Source: an uncultured delta proteobacterium (lineage in GTDB: Bacteria > Desulfobacterota > Desulfobacteria > Desulfobacterales > JAHEIW01). Taken from it: a stretch of DNA of 64,000 bases. The position numbers and the translations under genes were made by a program. The notes under the pieces are model-generated. The model made no database searches, was not told the origin of the DNA, and saw only the letters and a list, made by a program, of their open reading frames with translations. The stretch is from the NCBI GenBank assembly GCA_963706575.1, contig CAVPNL010000001.1, forward strand, positions 256,001-320,000, in the 5' to 3' direction. This document shows positions 1 to 9,956 of the stretch, piece after piece. Position 1 is the first letter of the stretch. Each line of letters starts with the position of its first letter.

Positions 1-291
1 TTTGCCTGGCCTTCGGCGGAAATGCAAATGGTGGGTGCCGAGCCGTCAGTGAAAATTCTCTATCGCCGGGAACTTGAACAGGCTGAGGAGCCGGCTGCCT
101 ATCTGGAGCAAAAAATTAAGGAGTATCAAGAACTTTACCTGACCCCTTATCACTCGGCTTCGCGTTCCGTCATCGACGCCGTTATTCATCCCAGGGACAC
201 CCGCAAAAAAATAATTTCAGCACTGAGTATTTTAGAAGACAAAGCTGAAACACCGAGACAATTTCGCAAACATGGAAATATACCTTTATAA
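1..291 (+). CDS. Acyl-CoA carboxylase/decarboxylase carboxyltransferase (beta) subunit, 3' part only
   Basis: Frame is open from base 1 (FAWPSAEMQMVGAE...). The C-terminal IDAVIHPRDTR...RKHGNIPL is the typical PccB-family ending. Confidence 0.9.
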   Translation, partial: FAWPSAEMQMVGAEPSVKILYRRELEQAEEPAAYLEQKIKEYQELYLTPYHSASRSVIDAVIHPRDTRKKIISALSILEDKAETPRQFRKHGNIPL

Positions 292-314
292 AAGTATAAA
301 AAAGGAATGCGCAT

Positions 315-1166
315 ATGAAATTAAATACGATTGGTGTTATCGGGGCAGGGATTATGGGCAGTGGTGTCGCCCAGGTCAGCGCTGCTGCCGGTTATTTCGC
401 AGTGGTTCAGGATACAGATGATTCTGCTCTTGAATGGTCGAAATCCGGGATAGAAAACAGTCTGAAAAAACTGGCCGAAAAAGGCAAGATTTCCGAGAAG
501 GACCTTCAAGTGACAATGGGGCGTATTCAATATACGACCGAACTGAAAAAAGCCTGTGAGGATGCCGACCTTGTCGTAGAAGCTGTGTTCGAAAACCTTG
601 CGGTAAAGCATGAACTTTTTGAAAAGATGGAGAACATCGCCAAACCGGATGCAATTTTAGCGTCGAATACGTCTGCTATACCCATTACGGAAATAGCATC
701 GCTTTGCAGCAGGGGGGATAAAATAATCGGAATCCATTTCATGAATCCGGTGCCCTTGATGAAAGGTGTTGAAATTATCCGGGCGCAGCTGACATCGGAT
801 GAAACATTTGAGACGGCACTGAATTACATCCGCAGTTTGGGAAAAGAGCCCATACCGGCGGTTGATTATGCGGGATTCATTGTCAGCAGACTCGTGGATG
901 TTTTGATGAATGAGGCCGTCAAGATGGTTCAGGAAGGCAATCGACCGCAAGACATCGACAAAGCCATGGAATTGTGTGCCGGTCATCCCATGGGCCCCTG
1001 CAAACTGCTGGATCTGGTCGGGGCCGAAATTGCCATGCACGGCATGGAGACCATGGCGCGGGATTTCGGAGATGGCTACAAGCCCCACCCTTTGTTGAAA
1101 AAGAGGGTGCTCGCGGGCTTGCTCGGCAAAAAATCAGGCAGGGGATTCTATGATTATAAGCATTGA
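315..1166 (+). CDS. 3-hydroxyacyl-CoA (3-hydroxybutyryl-CoA-type) dehydrogenase
   Basis: GVIGAGIMGSG NAD motif, EAVFE, ASNTS, GIHFMNPV, HPMGP, LGKKSGRGFYDY. Confidence 0.95.
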   Translation: MKLNTIGVIGAGIMGSGVAQVSAAAGYFAVVQDTDDSALEWSKSGIENSLKKLAEKGKISEKDLQVTMGRIQYTTELKKACEDADLVVEAVFENLAVKHELFEKMENIAKPDAILASNTSAIPITEIASLCSRGDKIIGIHFMNPVPLMKGVEIIRAQLTSDETFETALNYIRSLGKEPIPAVDYAGFIVSRLVDVLMNEAVKMVQEGNRPQDIDKAMELCAGHPMGPCKLLDLVGAEIAMHGMETMARDFGDGYKPHPLLKKRVLAGLLGKKSGRGFYDYKH

Positions 1167-1217
1167 AGCTGCTTTTCATGAACAGGCGATTTTCTAGTGT
1201 GGAAAGGGCAACAAATA

Positions 1218-1991
1218 ATGGGTAAACTTAAACTTTTTGATTTAAGCGGTAAAGCAGCTATCGTCACCGGCGGTGGGAGAGGACTGGGATTTGCCCTGGC
1301 TGAAGCTCTGGCGGAAGCCGGCTGTGATCTCATGCTTTGTTCCAGAAAAGCAGTCAATTGTGAAGCAGCCGCCCGCAAACTGGAGCAACTGGGCGTTACT
1401 GCTGTCGGCAAAAAGTGTGATGTTACAGATTCTTCCGATGTAGCTGAGCTACGGGACGCGTCTTTGAAGGTGTTCGGCAAGATTGATATCCTCATCAACA
1501 ACTCCGGAGCTGCCTGGGGCGCAGCGACGGAAGACTATCCCCTTGAAGGCTGGCAAAAGATTATCAATGTCAATGTTACCGGGACGTTTTTGTGCTCCCA
1601 AATCATCGGTAAATCCATGATCAGTAAAGGCAAAGGGAAAATCATAAACTTGAGCTCTGTATTCGGCACCGTCGGCGCGCCATCCAATGTTATGGATGCC
1701 ATCGCCTATAATACGAGCAAGGGGGCTGTGGAAGCCTTTACCAAAGATCTGGCCGTCAAATGGGCAAAACATCAAATTTGCGTCAATACAATCGCACCGT
1801 CGTTTATCGAGACCGACCTGACGCGTGAGACCATGCAAAAGGGCGGCAAGCACATCCTCGATCTAGTGCCCATGGGACGATTTGGCGTACTCGAAGATCT
1901 TAAGGGTGCCGCCATTTTTTTGAGTTCCGCCGCCTCTGATTATATCACCGGAACGACGATTTATGTTGATGGCGGTTACAGGGCGATGTAG
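1218..1991 (+). CDS. SDR-family oxidoreductase (gluconate 5-dehydrogenase-like)
   Basis: TGGGRGLG, INNSG and YNTSK catalytic motifs. ATG 1218 chosen over GTG 1197 because of the upstream GGAAAGG. Confidence 0.9.
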   Translation: MGKLKLFDLSGKAAIVTGGGRGLGFALAEALAEAGCDLMLCSRKAVNCEAAARKLEQLGVTAVGKKCDVTDSSDVAELRDASLKVFGKIDILINNSGAAWGAATEDYPLEGWQKIINVNVTGTFLCSQIIGKSMISKGKGKIINLSSVFGTVGAPSNVMDAIAYNTSKGAVEAFTKDLAVKWAKHQICVNTIAPSFIETDLTRETMQKGGKHILDLVPMGRFGVLEDLKGAAIFLSSAASDYITGTTIYVDGGYRAM

Positions 1992-2021
1992 GCCTGCAAG
2001 TTGGAAGGCGGGGTCCTAAAC

Positions 2022-2167
2022 TAGAACCTATCTCAAAAATGTCTTTTGGCCCAATATCTTTGTAGGAGCCTCGTTTAAAATCCTCGACATACAACAGTAT
2101 GCCTCCGGTTTTAAACTCGACTCCGCCGCGATCTTGAACCAAAATCCTATTTTTGAGATAGGTTCTA
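2022..2167. mobile_element. 146-bp MITE-like element with perfect 19-bp terminal inverted repeats
   Basis: TAGAACCTATCTCAAAAAT (2022-2040) and ATTTTTGAGATAGGTTCTA (2149-2167), with a central CATAC-N4-GTATG hairpin. Same length and architecture as 32092-32237. Confidence 0.75.
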
Positions 2168-2194
2168 TTGAATGCATGTATTTGGAGAAATTGA

Positions 2195-3982
2195 ATGACT
2201 GAAAATATGAGCGGCGGCCATTTCCTTATTCAATCGACCTCGCAGACAGCGATCTTCACCCCGGAAGATTTTACCAAAGAGCATAAAGCGATTGCCAAAT
2301 CAGTGAAAGAGTTTGTAGCCGGGGAAATTCAAAGTCGAGGGGATGAGATTGAGCATGTTAACAATGAACTCAGCCGTGAGTTAATGAGAATCGCCGGGGA
2401 AATTGGACTTCTGGCGGCGGATGTCCCTGAAGAGTACGACGGCATGGCTTTGGATAAAATCAGTTCCCTGATAATATCGGATTTTCTGGGAGAAGGCGCC
2501 GGTTCATTTACGATCACCGAACTCAATCATACCGGTATCGGCACACTGCCCGTGGCTTTTTTCGGCACCGAAGATCAAAAAAAGAGATATCTTCCGGGGC
2601 TTTCATCCGGAGAATTGATCGGAGCCTTCGGTCTGACGGAACCGGATGCGGGATCGGATGCCTTGAACGCTAACACTACAGCTGAATTGAGTGAGGACGG
2701 AAAATACTACATCCTCAACGGCACCAAGGCGTTTATTACCAATGCGGGGTTTGCCGATCTCATATTTGCCTTCGCAAAAGTGGACGGCAAAGCGTTTACC
2801 GCTTTTATTGTCGAATTTGACTCCGACGGGCTTTCAGTCGACGCCGAAGAAGTCAAGATGGGTATGAAGGGGACATCCACCCGTTCCGTTATATTCAAGA
2901 ACGTAAAGGTGCCGGCGGATAATGTGTTGGGAGAAGTGGGCCGGGGACATGTGGTGGCTTTGAATGCGCTGAATATGGGCCGATTCAAAGTCGGAGCGGT
3001 GTGCATCGGAAATGCACGCAACACATTCAACGAAGCCGTCGCCTACGCGCGGCAGAGAGTCCAGTTCGGTTCGCCGATTTGTGAATTTGGCCTGATAAAA
3101 GAAAAGGTCGGGCAAATGGCGGCGAGCGTGTTTGCCGGTGAAAGTATGATGTATCGCACCGCCCATTTGATTGACCGGTTGATCAAAAGCGGCAGTCAAA
3201 CGGATAGTAATATCGGCCAATTAACTGCCGCTGCTTTGGAAGAATATTTGATTGAATGTTCAATCATGAAAATATACGGTTCCGAAACCCAGGGATTTGT
3301 TGCCGATGAGTCTGTTCAGATTTTCGGGGGCTATGGCTACATTTATGAAAATCCGGCTGAACTGGCTTTTCGCAATGCCCGCATTAACAGGATCTGGGAG
3401 GGAACCAACGAGATCAATCGTATTACCGTTACCAATACCCTGCTCAAACGGAGCGCTAAGGGCCGGCTCGACTTGGACATCGACATGCCTGCGTTATCCC
3501 GTGAAATCATGGGATTCCAGCCTGTCACCTCCGACAATCCCGAAACCCTTGAAACCCAGGAGCAAATGTTGGGTGTTGCCAAATATATCACACGGTGGTT
3601 GATCGGGATGACGTTCGAACGATTTGAGAAGGGCCTAAGAAACCAACAGGAACTGGCCGGCATAATCTGTGACATGCTGATTGAAATCTATGCCTTCGAG
3701 AGTGCCTACTTACGGGCTCGGCAAATGAATGTGAAACAAAAGGGGCGCGGGAGGGCGACGGCGTTGAAGATTACCAAAGTTCTGTCAGCCCGATTTTACG
3801 ACAAGCTTGGCTCTCTCACCTGCCGCGCTCTACCGGCACTAGCGGATGATAAATCGTTGCCGGAAAAATTGGCTCTGGCGGGAACCCTGCTTTGCCCACC
3901 GCCGATCGATACGATAATCCTGAATCGACAAATTGCCGAAAAGTGCGTTCAAAAGAAAGGCTATCCCTTTAAAGTGGCTTGA
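2195..3982 (+). CDS. Acyl-CoA dehydrogenase, long form (595 aa)
   Basis: FGLTEPDAGSD, NGTKAFITNA, KMGMKGTST, QIFGGYGY, RIWEGTNEINR, plus a C-terminal extension. Confidence 0.95.
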   Translation: MTENMSGGHFLIQSTSQTAIFTPEDFTKEHKAIAKSVKEFVAGEIQSRGDEIEHVNNELSRELMRIAGEIGLLAADVPEEYDGMALDKISSLIISDFLGEGAGSFTITELNHTGIGTLPVAFFGTEDQKKRYLPGLSSGELIGAFGLTEPDAGSDALNANTTAELSEDGKYYILNGTKAFITNAGFADLIFAFAKVDGKAFTAFIVEFDSDGLSVDAEEVKMGMKGTSTRSVIFKNVKVPADNVLGEVGRGHVVALNALNMGRFKVGAVCIGNARNTFNEAVAYARQRVQFGSPICEFGLIKEKVGQMAASVFAGESMMYRTAHLIDRLIKSGSQTDSNIGQLTAAALEEYLIECSIMKIYGSETQGFVADESVQIFGGYGYIYENPAELAFRNARINRIWEGTNEINRITVTNTLLKRSAKGRLDLDIDMPALSREIMGFQPVTSDNPETLETQEQMLGVAKYITRWLIGMTFERFEKGLRNQQELAGIICDMLIEIYAFESAYLRARQMNVKQKGRGRATALKITKVLSARFYDKLGSLTCRALPALADDKSLPEKLALAGTLLCPPPIDTIILNRQIAEKCVQKKGYPFKVA

Positions 3983-4125
3983 TCTGCTTTACTCCTGCCT
4001 GCAATATGAAAAGGGTATTGCCGAGGCAGCCAGGGCAGCAGTTAAGAATTCAAAACCGGTGCGCATGAATGCGTATAAAGGTGGAAATAACGCAAACCTT
4101 GGTAAAAAGAGATCTGCTTTTTGGC

Positions 4126-4154
4126 TTGACAACAAATTCTTCGGACGGTAGCCT
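4126..4154 (+). promoter_or_regulatory. Putative sigma70 promoter of the first Hcr-like operon
   Basis: TTGACA (4126-4131), 17-bp spacer, TAGCCT (4149-4154). Confidence 0.5.
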
Positions 4155-4312
4155 ACCGGCGTTCTTTTATGTATGCAGGAGCAACTGATAGCTGATGCTC
4201 CCGTTTACGTGCACTCACTGTCAAAAAGAATTCATTCCGGAGCCATCCGGTTTATTCCCCCATTCTTTTGTTGTTACGATAACCTCTCATCTGGAGAAGA
4301 AGGTACCTGATT

Positions 4313-5317
4313 GTGGCAACGATGCTGCTCCCTAAATTTGAACACCTTTGCCCGACATCCATAGAAGAGGCGGCACAATTACTTGGCAGACACGGTGCCA
4401 ATGCCCGTCTGTCTGCGGGCGGCACCGACCTTTTTCCTCGCATGAAACAGGGCCTGACGCACCCCGAAATAGTTATCAGTCTCAAAGGCTTGAATACAGA
4501 ATCCCCGCGGATAAGCCGTAAAGGTGATCTGCATATCAATGCCCTGCTGCCGCTGGCAGACATTGCCCGTTCGTCTGGGGTGATTGAAAAAGCGCCTCTG
4601 CTGACAGAGGCAATCGCTTCGGTGGCGTCCAATCAGATACGGCATATGGGCACCCTGGGGGGAAATATCTGTCTGGAAAATCGTTGCACTTATTATAATC
4701 AGTCCCATTCATTTCAATTTGTTGAACCCTGTTTCAAGCGCGGCGGTGACCGCTGCTATCTACTCCCCAAGGGTAAAAGGTGCCTCGCGGTCTTTACGGC
4801 CGATACAGTGCCGGCGCTTATTTGCCTGGATGCCAAGGTGGAGATCGTTTCAGCGGACGGCAGTCGGCAGCTCTCTGTTGAGAAGCTTTACACAGGAGAT
4901 GCTTTAGAACCGCTATCCCTTTCTCAGGATGAAATTATTAGAGAAGTCATTATTGCGAATAGGGAAACGGTGCGCGGTAGCGCTTTTACCAAGTTCAGCC
5001 TGCGCGGCGGCGTGGAGTTCGCCGGCCTTACGGTTGCCGTTTGCCTGGAGATGGCAAACAGTCCAAGTACCTGTGTCGCTGCACACGTCGCAGTCGGCGC
5101 AGTTGCAAGCGGGCCCGTTCGGGCTATTAAAGCTGAAAAGGCCCTGGCTGGCGAAACGCTTTCCGATAAACTTTTCCGGAAAATAGCTGAAATGGTTGCC
5201 GCTGAGATACGCCCGGTAATGCATCACGGATACTCGGCTCCGTTTCTCAAGGAATGCTTGAGAATTCAGACCTATCGAACGCTTGGAATTGCGGCTAAAC
5301 GTGCAGGAAACCATTGA
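4313..5317 (+). CDS. Xanthine-dehydrogenase-family FAD subunit with [4Fe-4S] insertion (4-hydroxybenzoyl-CoA reductase beta, HcrB-like)
   Basis: AGGTDL and QIRHMGTLGGN, followed by the Cys-rich insert NICLENRCTYYNQS...CFKRGGDRC...KRC that characterises HcrB-type subunits. Confidence 0.9.
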   Translation: MATMLLPKFEHLCPTSIEEAAQLLGRHGANARLSAGGTDLFPRMKQGLTHPEIVISLKGLNTESPRISRKGDLHINALLPLADIARSSGVIEKAPLLTEAIASVASNQIRHMGTLGGNICLENRCTYYNQSHSFQFVEPCFKRGGDRCYLLPKGKRCLAVFTADTVPALICLDAKVEIVSADGSRQLSVEKLYTGDALEPLSLSQDEIIREVIIANRETVRGSAFTKFSLRGGVEFAGLTVAVCLEMANSPSTCVAAHVAVGAVASGPVRAIKAEKALAGETLSDKLFRKIAEMVAAEIRPVMHHGYSAPFLKECLRIQTYRTLGIAAKRAGNH

Positions 5318-5409
5318 GGAAATTAAGCCGCATAAAATTATCACCGCAGAGGCGAAAACTATAATCGAGACGAATAGAAAAATAGAAATAAGCTCTCAGG
5401 AGATTAGGG

Positions 5410-5898
5410 GTGAAACGACTGATTGAACTCAGCATTAATGGTGAAACCTGCGAACTGGCCGTGGAGCCCAACACTACACTGGCCGAAGTTATTAGAGATC
5501 AGGTGGGTTTGACCGGCACAAAGGTGGCCTGCGGAACCGGCGAGTGCGGCACCTGTACGGTTCTGATAGACGGCCGACCGATATTATCCTGTCTGACACT
5601 GGCAGTCGATTGCCAGCAGCAACCCATTTTGACCATCGAGGGGTTGTCGGAAGGTGAAACGCTTACACCCGTCCAGCAGGCCTTTCATGACTGCGGAGCG
5701 ATTCAGTGCGGTTTCTGTACGCCGGGCATGGTTTTATCCACAACCGCTTTGCTGAAAGCCAATCCCCATCCGTCGACGCCGCAGATTCAAAAAGCCCTCG
5801 AGGGTCATCTGTGCCGCTGTACGGGCTATAATAAGATTCTTGAAGCCGTTCAGCAAGCCGCAGTGGCGGTTGCACCCAAGACGAAGCAAAAAGCATAA
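5410..5898 (+). CDS. 2x[2Fe-2S] subunit (HcrC/CoxS-like)
   Basis: CGTGECGTCTV, QCGFCTPG, LCRCTGY. Confidence 0.95.
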   Translation: MKRLIELSINGETCELAVEPNTTLAEVIRDQVGLTGTKVACGTGECGTCTVLIDGRPILSCLTLAVDCQQQPILTIEGLSEGETLTPVQQAFHDCGAIQCGFCTPGMVLSTTALLKANPHPSTPQIQKALEGHLCRCTGYNKILEAVQQAAVAVAPKTKQKA

Positions 5899-5936
5899 AT
5901 CGTGATTCACCAAAACCTGTCCTCTAAAGGGTTTCG

Positions 5937-8294
5937 ATGTCGCTAAACGGAAAAAATGCGGATACGTTGTCCTATGTCGGGCAGCGGATTCCGCGCAAGG
6001 ACGGGCCGGAAAAAGTGACCGGTCGAGCGAAGTATACCGGGGACATCCAATTGTCCGGTATGCTGATCGGTCGTATTTTGCGCAGCCCCCATCCCCATGC
6101 CCGGATTCTCAATATTGATACCTCGCGTGCCGAGCAATTAACCGGGGTTAAAGCGGTGATTACGGCGCGGGATACTGCCGGCATAAAACACGGGTTTGTG
6201 GAAACCCCGCGATACCCGCCGGATCAGCATCCTCTGGCACCGGATCGGGTGCGCTTTGTGGGTGAAGAGGTCGCGGCGGTAGCCGCCAATGATCCCTATA
6301 TCGCTGAAGAGGCTTTGAGCCTCATCCGGGTAGATTATGAGCCCCTGCCCGCCGTTTTTGATCCCGAAGCGGCCATGCAGCCCGGGGCGCCTGAAATTCA
6401 TGCCACCCATCCAAAAGTAAAGGAGCCCCTGGTTAATATCGCCGGAAAAACGGAAACCGGATGGGGCGACGTGGAATCTGCTTTTGTTAAAGCAGACTAT
6501 GTGCGCGAGGATCGTTTTGAAAGCCATTTAAGAACCCACGGATATTTAGAGCCCCAGGTAACCGTGGCCAGTTATACGCCGGGAGGCAAACTCAATGTGT
6601 GGACGTCCTCCATGGGTCCATTTCTTAAACGCGCTAAACTGGCCCGGACTTTGGGTTTACCTTTTTCCGCGGTGCGCGTACAGAAGGCCTGGGTGGGCGG
6701 CGCTTTTGGCGGGAAGATCGATCTTTTTTCTCATGAATTTTGCGCTGCCCTGCTTTCCATCAAAACGGGGCGACCGGTGAAAGTAGAAGCATCACGCGAG
6801 GAGATCTTTGCAGCCTATCGTCACGGCCAACCGCTTATTGTCGAGGTGAAAACAGGCGTTAAAAAAGACGGAACCCTTATGGCCCAGGAGCTTCGTATCA
6901 TCAATAACTGCGGCGCATATCGCGGGAGCGGTGTGGTCGTCATTTTTTTGTCCTGGGGCTTTACCATGGTCCCTTACAGGCTCCCCAATCTGAAATACCA
7001 GGGGTACGCAGTCTATACCAATAATCCCGTCCGGGCGCCGCAACGCGGCCATGGCGCGCCCCAACTTCGCTTTGCGGTGGAATCCCAGATGGATATGATA
7101 GCCGAGGAACTGGGAATCGACCCCGTTGAAATTCGACTGAAAAACGCCCGGGTATCAGGCGAGCAGCTCCCCAATGGTGATAATGTGCATAATTGCGGTC
7201 TGATCGATTGTATCCAAAAAGCAGCCGAACACACCCGATTCAAACAGACGTATGGCGTGAAGCCCAAACGCAATAGAGATACGAATCATATCCGCAGCGG
7301 AATCGGTATGGGCGTAAGCGCCTATTTCGGCGGATCGCTCATTTATCCGAACAGCTCTTCGGTTACCGTTAAAATGAATGATGACGGCACCGCTACATTG
7401 TTGACGGGAGCACTGGATCTGGGACAGGGGGCTGAGACCGTTCTGAGTCAGATCGTTGCTGAGGAGCTTAAGATACCCGTGGAGGAGATCCAGGTCATTG
7501 CAGCCGATACGGATACAACACCGGTTGACATTGGATCCTGGATCAGCGGAAATACCTATGTAACGGGGAATGCCACCCGCATGGCTGCCACCGAGGTGCG
7601 CAAAAAACTGCTGAATATCGCTGCTGAGAAGATGGAAATCGCTCAAGACGACCTGGTAATTGCAGATAAAGCCGTACAAGTGATCGGTTCTCCGGAACGC
7701 AAGCTGTCCTACCGGGAGTTGATTGCCTTAAGTGTGCAAAAGCACAGAGGTGATCCTGTTAGAGGGGAGGGCCATTGGCGCACGATGCGCGACGAACCGT
7801 TTCATCCCAGCCTGGCGACAACCAAAGGGCGTTGGAGTGAAAATTATGCCGTTGATGCCCAGGTGGCGGAGGTGGAAGTAGACACGCAAACCGGAATCGT
7901 ACGCCTTGTTAGGGCGGTAACCGCCCATGACTGCGGTTTTCCGATTAATCCGCTGCTGGTGGAAGGGCAGGTCGACGGACAGGTATCCATGGCGCTGGGC
8001 CACGCCTTCATGGAAGAAGTATTGATGGAAGATGGCCAGACGTTAAACCCCAACTGGCTGGAATACCGAATGCCGACCATCCACGAGCTTGCCGTCTCAG
8101 AACATATCGATGTGATCACGGAACACTATAAAACCGATGCACCTTACCGCACCAAGGAAGTGGGTGAGGGACTGGTTTCCGCCATTCTGGCAGCCATAGC
8201 CAATGCCATTTACGACGCGGTGGGCGTCAGACTGCATTCAACACCGTTTACCCCGGAAAAAATTTTGCGGGGGCTAGGAAAACTAAAAAAGTGA
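5937..8294 (+). CDS. Molybdopterin-binding large subunit, xanthine dehydrogenase family (HcrA-like, copy 1)
   Basis: GGAFGGK, PQRGHG, DLGQG, VEGQVDG, KEVGEG; lies in an operon with HcrB-like and HcrC-like genes. Confidence 0.92.
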   Translation: MSLNGKNADTLSYVGQRIPRKDGPEKVTGRAKYTGDIQLSGMLIGRILRSPHPHARILNIDTSRAEQLTGVKAVITARDTAGIKHGFVETPRYPPDQHPLAPDRVRFVGEEVAAVAANDPYIAEEALSLIRVDYEPLPAVFDPEAAMQPGAPEIHATHPKVKEPLVNIAGKTETGWGDVESAFVKADYVREDRFESHLRTHGYLEPQVTVASYTPGGKLNVWTSSMGPFLKRAKLARTLGLPFSAVRVQKAWVGGAFGGKIDLFSHEFCAALLSIKTGRPVKVEASREEIFAAYRHGQPLIVEVKTGVKKDGTLMAQELRIINNCGAYRGSGVVVIFLSWGFTMVPYRLPNLKYQGYAVYTNNPVRAPQRGHGAPQLRFAVESQMDMIAEELGIDPVEIRLKNARVSGEQLPNGDNVHNCGLIDCIQKAAEHTRFKQTYGVKPKRNRDTNHIRSGIGMGVSAYFGGSLIYPNSSSVTVKMNDDGTATLLTGALDLGQGAETVLSQIVAEELKIPVEEIQVIAADTDTTPVDIGSWISGNTYVTGNATRMAATEVRKKLLNIAAEKMEIAQDDLVIADKAVQVIGSPERKLSYRELIALSVQKHRGDPVRGEGHWRTMRDEPFHPSLATTKGRWSENYAVDAQVAEVEVDTQTGIVRLVRAVTAHDCGFPINPLLVEGQVDGQVSMALGHAFMEEVLMEDGQTLNPNWLEYRMPTIHELAVSEHIDVITEHYKTDAPYRTKEVGEGLVSAILAAIANAIYDAVGVRLHSTPFTPEKILRGLGKLKK

Positions 8295-8421
8295 CTAAAG
8301 TGAACTAAAGTTGGGAGTGACTAAAGTTAATGTGTCGCTCCGCTCCATCTTTATTTATACAAATGACAGAATTCCTTAACTTTAGTCACTTTAGATCACT
8401 TTAGGCATTTTAGGCACTTTG
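8288..8421. repeat. Inverted array of 9-10-mer units (AAAGTGACT / AGTCACTTT, AGGCACTTT)
   Basis: Three GTGACTAAA-like units, a spacer, then four complementary TTTAGTCAC/TTTAGGCAC units. Confidence 0.7.
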
Positions 8422-8461
8422 CGTACGATACGCACTTGAGTTAGAGAAGAGGATTCATCAT

Positions 8462-9778
8462 ATGGAACCGGTGACATATTGGGACAAGGAAAAGGAGACC
8501 CTTCCGAGGGAAAAACTGGAAGAGCTGCAGCTGCAACGGTTCAGGCAGCGGATGCAGTATGTCTATGACCGCAGCCCCATGTACCGGCGCAAATACGATG
8601 AGGCCGGTGTAAAGCCTGAAGATATCCGGTCGCTCGCTGACATTCAGAATCTGCCCTTTACCGTCAAAGAGGAGTTGCGGGAAAGCCAGGCCCAGCATCC
8701 ACCCTGGGGAGATTTTCTCTGCATTCCGCCTGAGGAGGGTGTCAGGGTGTTCCAGACCACCGGGACCACCGGTATCCCCGTAAAGGCCATGATGAATAAG
8801 ACGGATTGGACCACTCATTTTTACGATCAATTTATGCACTTCATGTACGGTTACGGTATCAAGACTTCCGATATTCTTTTCGTCCCCTTTGGCTACGGTC
8901 TTTACATCGCCTGGTGGGGATTTCAGGCCGCTCTGGAACAGGCGGGTGTAATGATCGTTCCCGGCGGTGCGCAGTCCTCCAAGGACCGCGTAAAAAACAT
9001 ATTCGATTGGAATGCCACCGTGGTCTGCGGCACGCCCACCTATCTGCTTTCGCTGGGCGACACCGCTAAATCTATAGGTATGCCGCTGCGGGATTCCGCC
9101 ATCCGGATTGCAGTAACCGCCGGTGAGCCGGGGGCCAACGTGCCGGCCACCAAAGCGGCGATCGAAAAATTGTGGGGCGCCAAATGTTATGATGACATCG
9201 GCTCCACTGAAATTACCAATTTTGGCTTTGAATGTGTGGCCCAGCAGGGGACGCATGTAATTGAGACCATGTTTTATGCGGAATGCCTGGATCCCGAGAC
9301 GCTGAAACCCGTCGCGGACGGTGAGATCGGTGAGCTGGTCCTTTCAAATTTATGCACCGAAAGTATGCCGCTGCTGCGGTTTCGTATCCGGGATCTGGTC
9401 CGGTTTAACAAAGAGACCTGTGAATGCGGCCGTACTTTTTTGCGGCTCGATGGGGGTGTTTTGGGCCGATCCGATGATATGTTTCAGTTTGCCGGTGTCA
9501 ATATTTTCCCATCGGCCATCGAGAACCTGATCCGGGAAGTGCCGGAATTTTCCAACGAGTATCAGATCGTCGTACCCGAGATGGGAAGCGGCAAGCATAT
9601 TAGAATTCGGGTTGAACCGGAGACGGCCGAGGTTTCCAAAGAACGCATGGCCCAGGCGGTAGAAAAATTCATCGAAACCGTCAAGTACCGCATCACCATT
9701 ACGCCGGATGTCGAAATTGCCGAACTCGGGAAACTGCCGCGCTTTGAATTAAAGGCCAAACGTCTGATTCGTGAATGA
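8462..9778 (+). CDS. Phenylacetate-CoA ligase (PaaK) family aryl-CoA ligase
   Basis: QTTGTTG P-loop, FGYGL, CGTPTY, AGEPG, PLLRFRIRD, LGRSDDM, C-terminal LPRFELKAKR. Confidence 0.93.
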   Translation: MEPVTYWDKEKETLPREKLEELQLQRFRQRMQYVYDRSPMYRRKYDEAGVKPEDIRSLADIQNLPFTVKEELRESQAQHPPWGDFLCIPPEEGVRVFQTTGTTGIPVKAMMNKTDWTTHFYDQFMHFMYGYGIKTSDILFVPFGYGLYIAWWGFQAALEQAGVMIVPGGAQSSKDRVKNIFDWNATVVCGTPTYLLSLGDTAKSIGMPLRDSAIRIAVTAGEPGANVPATKAAIEKLWGAKCYDDIGSTEITNFGFECVAQQGTHVIETMFYAECLDPETLKPVADGEIGELVLSNLCTESMPLLRFRIRDLVRFNKETCECGRTFLRLDGGVLGRSDDMFQFAGVNIFPSAIENLIREVPEFSNEYQIVVPEMGSGKHIRIRVEPETAEVSKERMAQAVEKFIETVKYRITITPDVEIAELGKLPRFELKAKRLIRE

Positions 9779-9838
9779 TTCCATTTCGACGGTGTTCTTC
9801 TTGACACCCATGAGGGTGGGGTGTTACTGGTCTAGGCT

Positions 9839-9865
9839 GTGAAATTAAATTTCATGATGTGAAAC
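9839..9865. promoter_or_regulatory. Putative IclR-family operator upstream of the ABC binding protein
   Basis: TTTCATGATGTGAAA (9850-9864) with an extra GTGAAA half-site 20 bp upstream; matches the boxes at 21989 and 22153. Confidence 0.6.
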
Positions 9866-9956
9866 TATTTTTGATTTGGAGGGGACAACTCGAAATTGAT
9901 TCGAATGGGGTGAATTTAGGGTGATTCTAATAAATCATAGCAAAGGAGGGTTTAGC

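Noticed and set aside
8288..8421. CRISPR array
   Set aside because: Units are 9-10 bp, adjacent and inverted, with no unique spacers and no cas genes.
8441..9256. 271-aa minus-strand ORF
   Set aside because: Antisense shadow of the PaaK-family ligase with no recognisable motifs.
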